A DNA stretch of 64,000 nucleotides from Verrucomicrobiota bacterium (GTDB taxonomy: Bacteria; Verrucomicrobiota; Verrucomicrobiia; Opitutales; Coraliomargaritaceae), in assembly GCA_039815375.1 (NCBI GenBank), contig JBCBZJ010000004.1:128001-192000 (forward strand), in the 5' to 3' direction. Each line of letters opens with the position of its first letter. Position 1 is the stretch's first letter. The translations under genes and the position numbers were made by a program. The notes under the pieces are model-generated. The model did not search any database and was not told the origin of the DNA. It saw only the letters and a program-made list of their open reading frames with translations. Shown here one piece after another: positions 44,011 through 53,839 of this stretch.

Positions 44011-46929
44011 TTAAGGCTTTTCACGTTCTATGCCTTTCGAATCACCTTTAGCAATGAGTTCTAGAATCGCTTTTCCCATCGACTCTCCCATCAGGTATTG
44101 AGTCTCTCCATTCCAGTGCCAATGGTAGCCTTGTCCAAGAGCGGGTATGCCTTGGCGGTAGAAGGGACGGGTATCGATCGCGGCCACGTTGTCGGCAAAA
44201 TCCGGATAGCGAGTGGAATCGCTCATGGCTAGTTGCGAGAGAAGTACTTTGTGACGGCGCCCGCTCTTAAGATTGGCTCCTCCAATACCGGTGCCAGCGA
44301 TGACAAACGGGAGTTCCGGGTTGCCCAACTCACGGCGCACATCGCGAATGAAATCGGCAAGATTGGCTTCGTATTCGTCGACACTGACGATATTGCCCCC
44401 GTCGTTCCAACCCTGGTGCCAACCGAAACCTGCAAACTCGAACTCTCGACCTACAAGTTCGGGGAATAAGCTGTCTCTGTCGATTAGGGTATCGCGGATA
44501 TGTTTCAGTATGAGCTCATAGTATGCTCCAATCTCTCCACCTCGCTGGGCAACCGCACTGGGCGGGCGGAAATCTTTGGCTAGAGATTTTCCACCCCACG
44601 CCGTTTTGATCAGCAATACCGGTTGCTCGAATGTATCGCCCACGACAAAACCAAATCCAAATTCTGGGCCGATTGTATGGCTCTTAGCACCAAAACCGAT
44701 AGTCAATGGACCTTGAATAGACGAATTATTGCTCAAATAACGAATCCAGACATCATCGCGAACCACCCAACTTCCATCGGCCTCCACCAGGTGGGCATAG
44801 CGCTTGGGCTTGGTGTTGACCTCGAAGCGAAGGCTTCCGCGACCGTCCTGAATGTGCCGCTCTCCACCGTTTTGTTGAAGCCACTCAATACTGCGTTCGG
44901 GATTGGCACCTAGTTCAGTATGCCCATGCCCTTGCATATTGGATTGTCCTGCCAGAATGAATACTTTGATCGGGCCCTCATTGTCATCCAAGCTGCTTTG
45001 TTTTTTGCTCTGAAGAACTGATTTTTCCTCCGCTGGCGTTGGTGGCATGGAGGACGGGCTGAGCACAAACTTCTTGATCGAACATCCGTAATTGGGAAGG
45101 TTTCGCTCGAATCTCAACGTATTTTTACCCTTGGCGAGTACTACCCTTACCGGGCTGGTTGTTTCCCAAAGGCCAATGGTGTGGGGTAATTGAATTTCTG
45201 TGGACCGCGAGTCGTTTACTGAAAGGCTTAATTGCTGTGCCGTGTTCACAGTCGCTACCTGACTTGTGAGTGAATATGCGGCCGTTGAAGGAACGTGGAC
45301 TGTGTACTCGAAGTGTTCGGGATTGCCGGATTTCGTTCTCGAGTAGTGAAGTTGCTGACCGCCACCGAAGCTTGGCATGAATCGAACCAACTTCGTACTC
45401 TCAAGAGGGAAACTGCAGTTAGCAGCCGGAATGGTGATAGTTCCATTTTTCGCGTAAACGATGCTTTCTTCAACTGAGTTGTTGTTCAGGTCGATGGTCG
45501 GCCAGGTCAGGGCCTGCTTTCCAGCTTTAATTGCATCGAAACGGGTGCCATGATCAGCGATAATGGCTCGTTTCTTATAGAGAGCTAGTGCGCTCCAGAG
45601 ACCTCCGGTTCCCAGCTTGCTTCGATCTCGCTCTTCTTCACCGACTGCCTGTGCCACCCACTCGGCGCGGAGGACTTTGATAAAATCAGCGGGGTGTTCC
45701 CGGGCCTGTGTTTCCAGTAGAAAATCGCTACCGCTACGTTCATGGCCTGGGCGATTCCACCAGCTCCAGTGCCAATCGGCTCCAAGATTTGTTTGCCAGC
45801 CATTGGGAGTCCAACGACCTAAAGCTGCATGCTTAGGCTGTTTTACGCCAAAAGACGGGTTGCCAAAGGCTTTGAGAATGAAGCGGCCAAAAAAGGCACG
45901 TCTTCCACAAACGCCGCCCATGTTCATGATATCCTGAAAAAAGCCCAGTTCGGGTATCGATGGATTCTTCCCTCCATATTGAACTTCAGTTCCGACGATC
46001 TTTGAATATCGCCACCGGTCCTCAATTGATACGGCTAGATCCGGTCGATAGGTTTTTAGCATTCTGCGCCCCCAAGCCAACTCCTCGTTTGGAGCATCGC
46101 TGTCACAGACAAAGCGACATTCCCAAGTGCTGAGAGTTTCGAATGCGGGGTCCAGTTCTTCCTTTAGGTAGGCTGCTTCATAATGAAGATATCGTTGGAC
46201 AGGATCGATCGTGCTTTGCTGGTCGGGGTCGATTTTCGTGTGAGCGCGCTTGACGGTTGGAACCGCCAGTTCGAGGCTCAAACCAAGCGCAAATCGTTGC
46301 AGTATACCTGGTTTACGAGCGTGCTCACTTTCTTGTAGAATTTGGGTATAGATTTGTATGGCCTGGCCGTAATTGCCGGATTTTGCGCCACCCGCCTTGA
46401 GCATTCGGATCATCAAGTCGGTATCGCCGAGTAACTTCTTCACCAGCAATTCCTGCTCCGTGCTTTCCTCGGCAAACCTTGCCAGACCGGTAGGCGTAGC
46501 GCTTGTGATTATGTTGTGTTTAGCTAAGGCTGCATCCAATTCGCCGCTTCCGAGAAATTGATCGAGCTGGCTAAGGATGGGACGTGACCGCCTGAGCGCT
46601 TCTGCTTGCGCCTCAGCAACTGGAACGAAGGTCGCTTTATAGGCCTCCTTGTCGCCATATTTTGCCGTGCCTCTAACTTTGCCAACCTGGACATAGGCGT
46701 CCATGAAGGCGTCGCAGTCCTCCTTGGAAAGAACAGGCAGGGCTGGTTCAATCTCATTCTGGAGCGAACGTAATTCCGCATCAAAAGTGGCTTGGAGCGC
46801 GACCCCATTTTCACTGAGCGGGTCCTCTGAGGAAGCAGATAGATGGTTCGTCGGGAATGGGAAACAAAAAAGCAGAATCAATAGGAGTCTCTGGATGCCG
46901 CTAGTGCCAATGGTTGATACTATATTCAT
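44011..46929 (-). CDS. Large secreted protein: helical region with Cys/His motif, CBM6/35-like module, SASA/SGNH acetylesterase domain
   Basis: Signal peptide; GGVCGRRAFFG...HAA; LPHTIGLW...LAKGKNTLRF; AGQSNMQG, GPEFGFG, AWGG, WHQG, GYHW. Confidence 0.82.
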   Translation of the reverse strand: MNIVSTIGTSGIQRLLLILLFCFPFPTNHLSASSEDPLSENGVALQATFDAELRSLQNEIEPALPVLSKEDCDAFMDAYVQVGKVRGTAKYGDKEAYKATFVPVAEAQAEALRRSRPILSQLDQFLGSGELDAALAKHNIITSATPTGLARFAEESTEQELLVKKLLGDTDLMIRMLKAGGAKSGNYGQAIQIYTQILQESEHARKPGILQRFALGLSLELAVPTVKRAHTKIDPDQQSTIDPVQRYLHYEAAYLKEELDPAFETLSTWECRFVCDSDAPNEELAWGRRMLKTYRPDLAVSIEDRWRYSKIVGTEVQYGGKNPSIPELGFFQDIMNMGGVCGRRAFFGRFILKAFGNPSFGVKQPKHAALGRWTPNGWQTNLGADWHWSWWNRPGHERSGSDFLLETQAREHPADFIKVLRAEWVAQAVGEEERDRSKLGTGGLWSALALYKKRAIIADHGTRFDAIKAGKQALTWPTIDLNNNSVEESIVYAKNGTITIPAANCSFPLESTKLVRFMPSFGGGQQLHYSRTKSGNPEHFEYTVHVPSTAAYSLTSQVATVNTAQQLSLSVNDSRSTEIQLPHTIGLWETTSPVRVVLAKGKNTLRFERNLPNYGCSIKKFVLSPSSMPPTPAEEKSVLQSKKQSSLDDNEGPIKVFILAGQSNMQGHGHTELGANPERSIEWLQQNGGERHIQDGRGSLRFEVNTKPKRYAHLVEADGSWVVRDDVWIRYLSNNSSIQGPLTIGFGAKSHTIGPEFGFGFVVGDTFEQPVLLIKTAWGGKSLAKDFRPPSAVAQRGGEIGAYYELILKHIRDTLIDRDSLFPELVGREFEFAGFGWHQGWNDGGNIVSVDEYEANLADFIRDVRRELGNPELPFVIAGTGIGGANLKSGRRHKVLLSQLAMSDSTRYPDFADNVAAIDTRPFYRQGIPALGQGYHWHWNGETQYLMGESMGKAILELIAKGDSKGIEREKP

Positions 46930-47299
46930 TATTCTAACAGTCGTTTGCTTTTACTGGGTACCCGATTTTAAGTAGAAAGTTTCCTACACTTATATGGAGG
47001 TTTTTATGGTTTTTTACTGAAGCAAGTGTTTCTCTAATGGTCGGTAGGAAATCGCTTCTTGATACGACCTGTATTTTCAGCGTTTTTGGTGAGGATGCCT
47101 AACTCATCTTGGAGTGCAGGAAGCCAAAGCAGAATGATTCATCAAAGTAGGCAAAAGAATTCTGCTAGTTATCTCGATCCTGATCCTCACTTTTCCCTTT
47201 TCATGACCATTTATGCAGGATTGATCTTCCTCGGTTTTCCGAACAGTGATCGGAGCAATCATCTTTATTTACATCATTCACCGCAAAGAAGAATTCAAA

Positions 47300-47356
47300 C
47301 GTGAACCAACCGGCATAGTAAACGACGAGACTGCATCCTATAGCGACTAGCCTCGG
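47300..47356 (+). mobile_element. Possible attC remnant
   Basis: CGTGAAC-caacc-GGC(A)TAGT pairs with ACTAGCC-tcggc-G; the TT of R' is absent. Confidence 0.3.
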
Positions 47357-47399
47357 CGAAAACGTCTCCTAACTACAGGCTGCTCTTTACCTAAGCAAA

Positions 47400-47786
47400 A
47401 TGACAAACCGAATTAGCACTATCGCAATCGTCGTGCGGGACTACGACGAAGCCATCGACTATTTCACCGGATCGCTCGGCTTTGATTTAGTCTGCGACGA
47501 ACGGCTTTCTGAAACGAAAAGATGGGTCAAAGTAAAACCTGAGGGCTCGGAATGCGCGATCCTGCTGGCAAAGGCAAAGAACGACCAAGAGCTCGGGGCA
47601 GTAGGCAATCAGACCGGTGGACGAGTTTTTCTTTTTCTTTCAACCGACAATTTCCAGGAAACATACCAACGCTTTAAAGAAAAGGGTATAAAATTCACGG
47701 AAGAACCACGAGACGAAGCATATGGCAGGGTCGTGGTCTTCGAGGATCTTTACGGGAATCTCTGGGATCTCGTCGAGGCCCGGTGA
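47400..47786 (+). CDS. VOC/glyoxalase family protein
   Basis: VRDYDEAIDYF..LGF, GNQTGGRVFLFL, YGRVVVFEDLYGNLWDL. Confidence 0.92.
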   Translation: MTNRISTIAIVVRDYDEAIDYFTGSLGFDLVCDERLSETKRWVKVKPEGSECAILLAKAKNDQELGAVGNQTGGRVFLFLSTDNFQETYQRFKEKGIKFTEEPRDEAYGRVVVFEDLYGNLWDLVEAR

Positions 47787-47814
47787 TTGCCGCCCGACGC
47801 ACTGAAATCCTTTT

Positions 47815-49407
47815 CTACCTCGGCCGGAACTGAACCGCCTTGAGATTGTTCTCGAGGCGGATGTCTTCGTTGAGGTCCTCAGGGAGAACACGAGCAACCA
47901 GGCTAAGGGCATCGTCGCTACCGAGTGAAGGGATCTGAGTAAACACCTTGCGCGTCGTGATTTGGCCCGGGCCAAGCGTCCCGATGCTGAAGCTCAATGG
48001 ATCGGCATCTTCAATCATGACTTCGAGCTCCGCGTCGTTAAACCACTTGGTGCCTCGATTCTGCACAGTGACCTCGACTGGCATGGTGGTGCCGGGTAAG
48101 GCATCCTGGCTGAGGTAGATATCGGCCAGGGCGATGTCGAGAATCCCGGTTTGCGAACGTTCTCGCAGACGATCCCAGTCAACCGCCCCATCTCCATAAA
48201 CAGGATCGGTGCCAGGCGCGCCTGCATCGTTAAGATAACGCTGCATGAGTTCAACTGCAGCAGAGGTCGTCATCGCGTTGTCTCCGGACATCAATGAAGC
48301 AAGCGTGCCACTCACAAAAGGTGCCGCGGCCGAGGTGCCGGAAAAGAGTGTTGTGCCCTCGTCCTCATTGGCGGTGCGAATGCCGACGCCGGGTGCGGCA
48401 AAGTCAATCTCGTCCGACTGATTTGGGAAAACAGCCTGCCGACCACCTGCGTCGAGGGCAGTCACGGAAAGGACCTCATCGTAAGCAGCCGGGTAAGGCA
48501 TTCTCGCGTAACCATCATTGCCCGCGGCAGCAACAAGTATGACGTCATTCTGTGCCGCATATTGAACGGCCTGACGCAAGAGAGGTGTGTCCTGATAAAC
48601 GCCGAGGCTAAGGTTGATGATCTGAACGCCGTAGTCGACGGCTTGCACAATGCCCTCCGCGACATCATAACTGTTGCCTAGGCCCTGGTCATCGAGAACA
48701 CGGACGACGAAGAGCTCGGCATTCGGCGCAATGCCTTCCTTACCTGCGATAATCGAGGCGACTGAAGTGCCGTGTGCAGCACCAGGGCCGGACACGCCGC
48801 TGCCGGCCAGATCCATGTTCACAATGTCGACGTCACGGAACTGAGGATGCGCTTCGATCCCGGAATCGAGAATCGCAACGACCACGTCGGAGCCGTCACC
48901 TTCAGGCAGGCCATTCACAATTTCACGGGCAGAGAAATCAAAAGGGCGAAGGCTCGCCAGAGCAGCCGGATCCAACTGAACGGGCGGCAACGGGCGCTCT
49001 ACCTCGTAGGAGTAGCTGACCCGAGCATCGTATTGGTCTAAATTGACCGAAAGCAGCGCACCTTCCGGAATGCGAACGGCGAACAGCTCATCGATTTGGC
49101 CCAGCGGCTTCGTTCCGGTGGCGTTGAGCGCAGCGATATAAGCCAGATAGTCTTCGCGGTTGGTTAGGTGGACCACGAGTTCGCCATCCATGGCACCTTT
49201 CGGAAACTTCAAGTCAATGCCAACAGGGCTTTCAGGGGACATCTCAGGAAAGTCAAAAACCACTTGCTGACTTTCTCCATCCCCAGTGGAAGCGTCCGGT
49301 TCCGACCGTTCGATGCTCAAGGAGCCTTTGTTCGAGATGTAGAACCCGATGTACCCGCCGAGGATGGCGAGAGCAAAAAGAACCCAAAAAGACTTTGGCA
49401 GCTTCAT
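47815..49407 (-). CDS. S8 subtilisin-like serine peptidase with N-terminal anchor and C-terminal CARDB-like domain
   Basis: ILDSGI, HGTSVAS, AAAGN, GTSAAAP; VTVQNRG...ENN. Confidence 0.9.
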   Translation of the reverse strand: MKLPKSFWVLFALAILGGYIGFYISNKGSLSIERSEPDASTGDGESQQVVFDFPEMSPESPVGIDLKFPKGAMDGELVVHLTNREDYLAYIAALNATGTKPLGQIDELFAVRIPEGALLSVNLDQYDARVSYSYEVERPLPPVQLDPAALASLRPFDFSAREIVNGLPEGDGSDVVVAILDSGIEAHPQFRDVDIVNMDLAGSGVSGPGAAHGTSVASIIAGKEGIAPNAELFVVRVLDDQGLGNSYDVAEGIVQAVDYGVQIINLSLGVYQDTPLLRQAVQYAAQNDVILVAAAGNDGYARMPYPAAYDEVLSVTALDAGGRQAVFPNQSDEIDFAAPGVGIRTANEDEGTTLFSGTSAAAPFVSGTLASLMSGDNAMTTSAAVELMQRYLNDAGAPGTDPVYGDGAVDWDRLRERSQTGILDIALADIYLSQDALPGTTMPVEVTVQNRGTKWFNDAELEVMIEDADPLSFSIGTLGPGQITTRKVFTQIPSLGSDDALSLVARVLPEDLNEDIRLENNLKAVQFRPR

Positions 49408-49458
49408 ATTCGTTAAAAACTAGACTCAATCGGAATAAAGACAACCTTCTATCGTGTA

Positions 49459-50148
49459 ATGCACATCGTATGTTTCAAACATGTTCCTTTCGAAGGTCCG
49501 GCTGCCATCGCCGATTGGGCTCAATCGCGTGGGCACTCTATCGAATGCATCGAGGTCTATGCCGAAGATCCGCTCCCTGATGCAAACCGGTATGAGATGC
49601 TGATCGTGATGGGTGGGCCGATGAATATTTATCAGGAGGGACTCTACCCCTGGCTTGCAGTAGAGAAACAAGCGATCCGCAAGGCGATTGACGGCGGCAA
49701 AATCGTGGTCGGTGTATGCCTCGGCGGGCAACTGATCGCCGATGTGCTGGGGGGCTCTGTGACTCGCGGCGATACAGTCGAGATTGGATGGCTCCCGATC
49801 GAACGAAGTCGAGACTGCCCCAGCGAACTGCCCCTACCCGATTCGCTGCACGTCTATCACTGGCATGGTGATACCTTTGCCCTGCCCGATAATGCGGTGC
49901 GGATTGCTTCAACGAAGGGGTGTGCGAACCAGGGCTTTCTTTACAATAAACGCGTGCTGGGCCTGCAATGCCATCTGGAAACGACGCGCGAAAGTATGAA
50001 CGCACTTATCGAAGCTTGTGAGGAAGAGAGTAGCGAAGGGCCTTTCATACAGAGCGCAGAAATGATGCGGGCCGAACCGGACGAAACATTCGAAAAGATG
50101 CAGGCCGTTCTCTTCGAGATACTGGATCAGATTTCAAGTCATGGGTGA
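49459..50148 (+). CDS. Class I glutamine amidotransferase
   Basis: HVPFEG, MGGPM, GVCLGGQL, WHGD, QCHLE. Confidence 0.92.
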   Translation: MHIVCFKHVPFEGPAAIADWAQSRGHSIECIEVYAEDPLPDANRYEMLIVMGGPMNIYQEGLYPWLAVEKQAIRKAIDGGKIVVGVCLGGQLIADVLGGSVTRGDTVEIGWLPIERSRDCPSELPLPDSLHVYHWHGDTFALPDNAVRIASTKGCANQGFLYNKRVLGLQCHLETTRESMNALIEACEEESSEGPFIQSAEMMRAEPDETFEKMQAVLFEILDQISSHG

Positions 50149-50794
50149 ATTCGAAATCATCGACTGGGGTCGCACCGTCTACGCGGAGGCTTTCAATAAA
50201 CAAAAAGAGCGCGTCGAGCTGCGAAAGACCGACGCCTGTGCGGACGCTCTCATCTTCACCGAGCACGATCCGGTGTTTACCATGGGGCTACGCAAGGGTG
50301 CCGACCAACATCTGATTTGGAACAGAGCCCAGCTTGCTGAGCAAGGCATCGAGGTTTTCCAGAGTAACCGCGGTGGCGATATTACCTATCATGGGCCGGG
50401 GCAAATCGTGGGATACCCCATCCTTTCGCTCACGCACCAAAAAGACCTGCATGCTTATCTACGCAACCTCGAAGAAATCGTTATCCGCACTCTGGCAGTC
50501 TTTGGCCTCGAAGCTACACGCCGCGATGGCAAAACCGGCATTTGGCTGGAGGCACGCAAGATCTGTGCAATTGGGGTAGCGGTCAAGAGCTGGGTCACTT
50601 ATCATGGATTCGCTTTAAATGTGAACCCGGACCTGAGCCATTTCGATGGAATCGTGCCATGCGGCATTACCGATGGCACGGTCACTTCTTTGGCCAATGA
50701 ACTCGATCACTCGGTCGAATCGACCGAAGTGAAAGCGGCTTTAGCAGTTGAATTTCAACGTGTTTTTGCAAACAGTGGCGTAGATAATGATTGA
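50141..50794 (+). CDS. lipB: Octanoyltransferase
   Basis: EHDPVFTMG, RGGDITYHGPGQ, KICAIG, HGFALN, IVPCG. Confidence 0.96.
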   Translation: MGEFEIIDWGRTVYAEAFNKQKERVELRKTDACADALIFTEHDPVFTMGLRKGADQHLIWNRAQLAEQGIEVFQSNRGGDITYHGPGQIVGYPILSLTHQKDLHAYLRNLEEIVIRTLAVFGLEATRRDGKTGIWLEARKICAIGVAVKSWVTYHGFALNVNPDLSHFDGIVPCGITDGTVTSLANELDHSVESTEVKAALAVEFQRVFANSGVDND

Positions 50795-51716
50795 ACGAAA
50801 ACCAGATTGGCTGCGCGCTAAGCTCCCTACGAGCAAGGAATACAAGGAGGTCCGCAGCATCGTGGACTCCCATGATCTACACACGGTCTGTAAGAGCGCA
50901 CAATGCCCGAACCTAGGCGAATGCTGGTCGCGCGGCACCGCAACGGTCATGATTCTGGGTAATATCTGCACACGCTCCTGCCGTTTTTGTGCTATTCAAA
51001 CCGGTCGTCCGACGGAGCTTGACCTGGGCGAGCCGGCCCGTGTGGCCGAGTCCATTGCAAAGATGAATCTGCAGCACGCAGTCATCACTTCGGTGGCTCG
51101 CGACGACTTAAAAGACGGCGGTGCCTCTGTATGGGCCGCAACGATTCGTGCAATTCACCACCGGATGCCCGAATGCGCGGTTGAGGTGCTGACGGCCGAC
51201 TTCCGCGGTCAACAGGAATATCTGGATCTGGTGCTCGACGCCTGCCCTGATATTTTCAATCACAACCTCGAAACGGTCAAGCGCCTCCAGCGCCCGATCC
51301 GTAAAACCGCCCGCTATGACCGCTCACTCTGGGTGCTCGAACATGCGAAGTCGCGCGGATTCATCACCAAAACCGGCATCATGCTTGGCATTGGTGAGAA
51401 GGAAGACGAGATCAAGGAAGTCCTGCAGGACATGGTCAATGTCGGGGTTGACGTGTTAACCATCGGACAATACCTGCAACCGACCAAGGAACACCAACCG
51501 ATTGATCGCTGGGTGCACCCCGAGGAGTTTCAGCGCTGGAAAGAATACTCGCTCGAAATAGGTTTTGGAGTTTGCGAATCCGGGCCGTTAATTCGTTCTT
51601 CCTACCACGCAGAGGAGCAGTCAGCAAAGTATGACGTACAGGCCCGCCGTAGAGCGATGCAGGCAGAGGTGAAAGCCGCCAAAGAAGTTGAAGCCCTGAT
51701 GGGCGTTTCGGCCTAG
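50787..51716 (+). CDS. lipA: Lipoyl synthase
   Basis: CKSAQCPNLGEC, CTRSCRFC, RSSY. Confidence 0.97.
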   Translation: MIERKPDWLRAKLPTSKEYKEVRSIVDSHDLHTVCKSAQCPNLGECWSRGTATVMILGNICTRSCRFCAIQTGRPTELDLGEPARVAESIAKMNLQHAVITSVARDDLKDGGASVWAATIRAIHHRMPECAVEVLTADFRGQQEYLDLVLDACPDIFNHNLETVKRLQRPIRKTARYDRSLWVLEHAKSRGFITKTGIMLGIGEKEDEIKEVLQDMVNVGVDVLTIGQYLQPTKEHQPIDRWVHPEEFQRWKEYSLEIGFGVCESGPLIRSSYHAEEQSAKYDVQARRRAMQAEVKAAKEVEALMGVSA

Positions 51717-52777
51717 ATCCAGTCTTCGCCTCTTGACTTGAGGGCCTTGGCCAGCACCCGGGCAAAAAACGGTCCACGGTACACCCATCCGGTGTAGAGT
51801 TGAATCATAGAAGCACCTGCGTCGATTTTCTCACCGGCAGACTCGGCCGAATCGATGCCACCGACACCGATAATCGGCAGTTTACCCTCGGTCGAACGGT
51901 AGATATAGTTGATCACATCATTGGAACGCCGACGGATAAGCTCACCACCGCTTAGGCCACCCGCCTCCTCACTGGAAAATCCATCAGGTCGTTGGATGGT
52001 GGTGTTTGTCGCAATGATCCCATCGTATTCGAGCTCGAGCAGGACCTGAAGGATGGAATCAATCTCACGGTAATCGAGGTCCGGCGCAATTTTGAGAAGT
52101 AGTGGATGTGGCTCTCGACCCAGCTTCTTGGCATGGCTCAGATTCTCATCGCGTATAGTGGACAATAAGTCGCGTAGGTAGACTTCGGACTGCAGTTCAC
52201 GCAAGCCAGCGGTGTTCGGGCTGCTAATGTTGATGGTGAAGTAGTCCGCCTGTTCGGCGAGCTTGCGAAAGCAGGCGAGGTAATCGTCAACCGCCTGATC
52301 GAGCGGCGTCGTCTTGGCCTTACCGATGTTGACCCCGACAGGCATTCCGCGTTTCCCTTTGGGATAGTGCTTCACCAGGGCATTGAGCATGGCATCGGCA
52401 CCTTTGTTGTTAAAGCCCATCCGGTTAACCAGTGCTTGGTATTCTGGATAACGGAAGAGGCGCGGCCGTGGATTGCCCGGCTGGCTCTCAGGTGTCACCG
52501 TGCCCACCTCAGCATGACCGAAACCGAGTGCTTCAATCGCCCGGGGAAATTCGCCGTCCTTGTCCATGCCGGCAGCGAGACCGACCCGGTTGGGAAACTC
52601 GAGGCCGAAGAGCTTTACAGGCTTATCTTCGCGGACCTGATTGTAGGCCCTAACAAGCTTACAAAGAGTCGGCATTGCACCAAGTGCCATCAGGGCAGTG
52701 CGGCCTCGGTCGTGTGCTTGCTCCGGTTCCATGCGAAACAACGCAGGCCGTAAAATGTTTTCGTATACAAATCCCAT
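51713..52777 (-). CDS. pyrD: Quinone-dependent dihydroorotate dehydrogenase
   Basis: GLAAGMDK, NRMGFNN, NISSPNT, KIAPD, GGLSG. Confidence 0.96.
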   Translation of the reverse strand: MGFVYENILRPALFRMEPEQAHDRGRTALMALGAMPTLCKLVRAYNQVREDKPVKLFGLEFPNRVGLAAGMDKDGEFPRAIEALGFGHAEVGTVTPESQPGNPRPRLFRYPEYQALVNRMGFNNKGADAMLNALVKHYPKGKRGMPVGVNIGKAKTTPLDQAVDDYLACFRKLAEQADYFTINISSPNTAGLRELQSEVYLRDLLSTIRDENLSHAKKLGREPHPLLLKIAPDLDYREIDSILQVLLELEYDGIIATNTTIQRPDGFSSEEAGGLSGGELIRRRSNDVINYIYRSTEGKLPIIGVGGIDSAESAGEKIDAGASMIQLYTGWVYRGPFFARVLAKALKSRGEDWI

Positions 52778-52963
52778 ATGTTTCTGGTAAGAAACTTAGG
52801 CAAGCTAACAGCGCAACTATTCAAAACAATGAAAAAGAAGCAGTAGGATTTTTTCTGACAAAGCACTTTACAAAGCCGTTAAGGTGCATTTACCCCTAGA
52901 GAATCAAGCAGTTTTCAAATCTGCAACAGCCGCGCATCGGCCATCATCCCACAACCCAATACA

Positions 52964-53692
52964 ATGCCTAAACCAACTTCCAAACTTACTTGGTGCAAAG
53001 CACGCTTCGGCGAAGACATGAACTGGTGGGTCCAAGAGACCAGCGATCCCGTGCACTGGGATGTCGATGGACTCGGCATCATCGACCCGCGCCAGTTCCA
53101 ATACATCATTGACCTACTCGAACCCCTTCAGGACTACGGTCTTCAGAACGAGCTCGTCGACGATGCCTTCTACTCGTTCAGCATTGATAAGGTAGAAGAG
53201 GACAAGAGCGTTCTCCTCAAGCGAGTCAAAGACAGCATCCTCGAAAGCGAAGATCAACTCTTTGCGCTGCCTGATGTGCTTGACGAGGAAAAAGGTCCAT
53301 ATGCCGATTTGCTCGACCATGTTACCAAGCTTCGCATCAAGATGCTGAATGACCTGATCGATTTCTCCCAGACCCTGACCGTCGAAGAACTTGAAGAGGA
53401 AATCCGCGAAGCACAAAACGGGGATTTCATGGAAGGCCGTGCGACACACTTTTTTACCGAAGTCACTTCCATCCTCGAATATGTGCCCGATGGATTTGAG
53501 CTCGAGGAAGAGGGCGGCGAGCCCAAGTCCGAGGACGAAGAACTCGAAAAAGACCTCGGCGATATCGCGACTGACGAAGTCGACGAGAAGATTGAGGAAG
53601 ACGACACGATGAAGTGGGACGAAGAGGAAGAGGAGGAAGAAGAATACGAAGAAACCACGGCACCGCCCGACGAGCAAAGGGAAGAGAAGTAG
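52964..53692 (+). CDS. Hypothetical acidic protein
   Basis: Clean ORF with host-like codons and a strongly Glu/Asp-rich C-terminal tail. Confidence 0.8.
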   Translation: MPKPTSKLTWCKARFGEDMNWWVQETSDPVHWDVDGLGIIDPRQFQYIIDLLEPLQDYGLQNELVDDAFYSFSIDKVEEDKSVLLKRVKDSILESEDQLFALPDVLDEEKGPYADLLDHVTKLRIKMLNDLIDFSQTLTVEELEEEIREAQNGDFMEGRATHFFTEVTSILEYVPDGFELEEEGGEPKSEDEELEKDLGDIATDEVDEKIEEDDTMKWDEEEEEEEEYEETTAPPDEQREEK

Positions 53693-53839
53693 CAAGCGAA
53701 AGCGACGCCTCACGAGGGATCCAACGAAGCCCCGGTTTGGACTTAGTCTACCTGCCCCGAGCATGTAGAAGAGGTCGAAGTCTCCCGGGGCTTTTCCATT
53801 GCCAAGGCTGAGGCACTATCTTTCATCAAACTCTTTAGC

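Noticed and set aside
47059..47304. 81-aa ORF ending inside the attC-like remnant
   Set aside because: TTG start and no recognisable motif; at best a degraded cassette gene
53725..53795. GAAGCCCCGG...CCGGGGCTTT stem enclosing a CCCGAGCATGTAGAAG repeat-like motif
   Set aside because: Single copy in the window; cannot distinguish a terminator from a dispersed repeat
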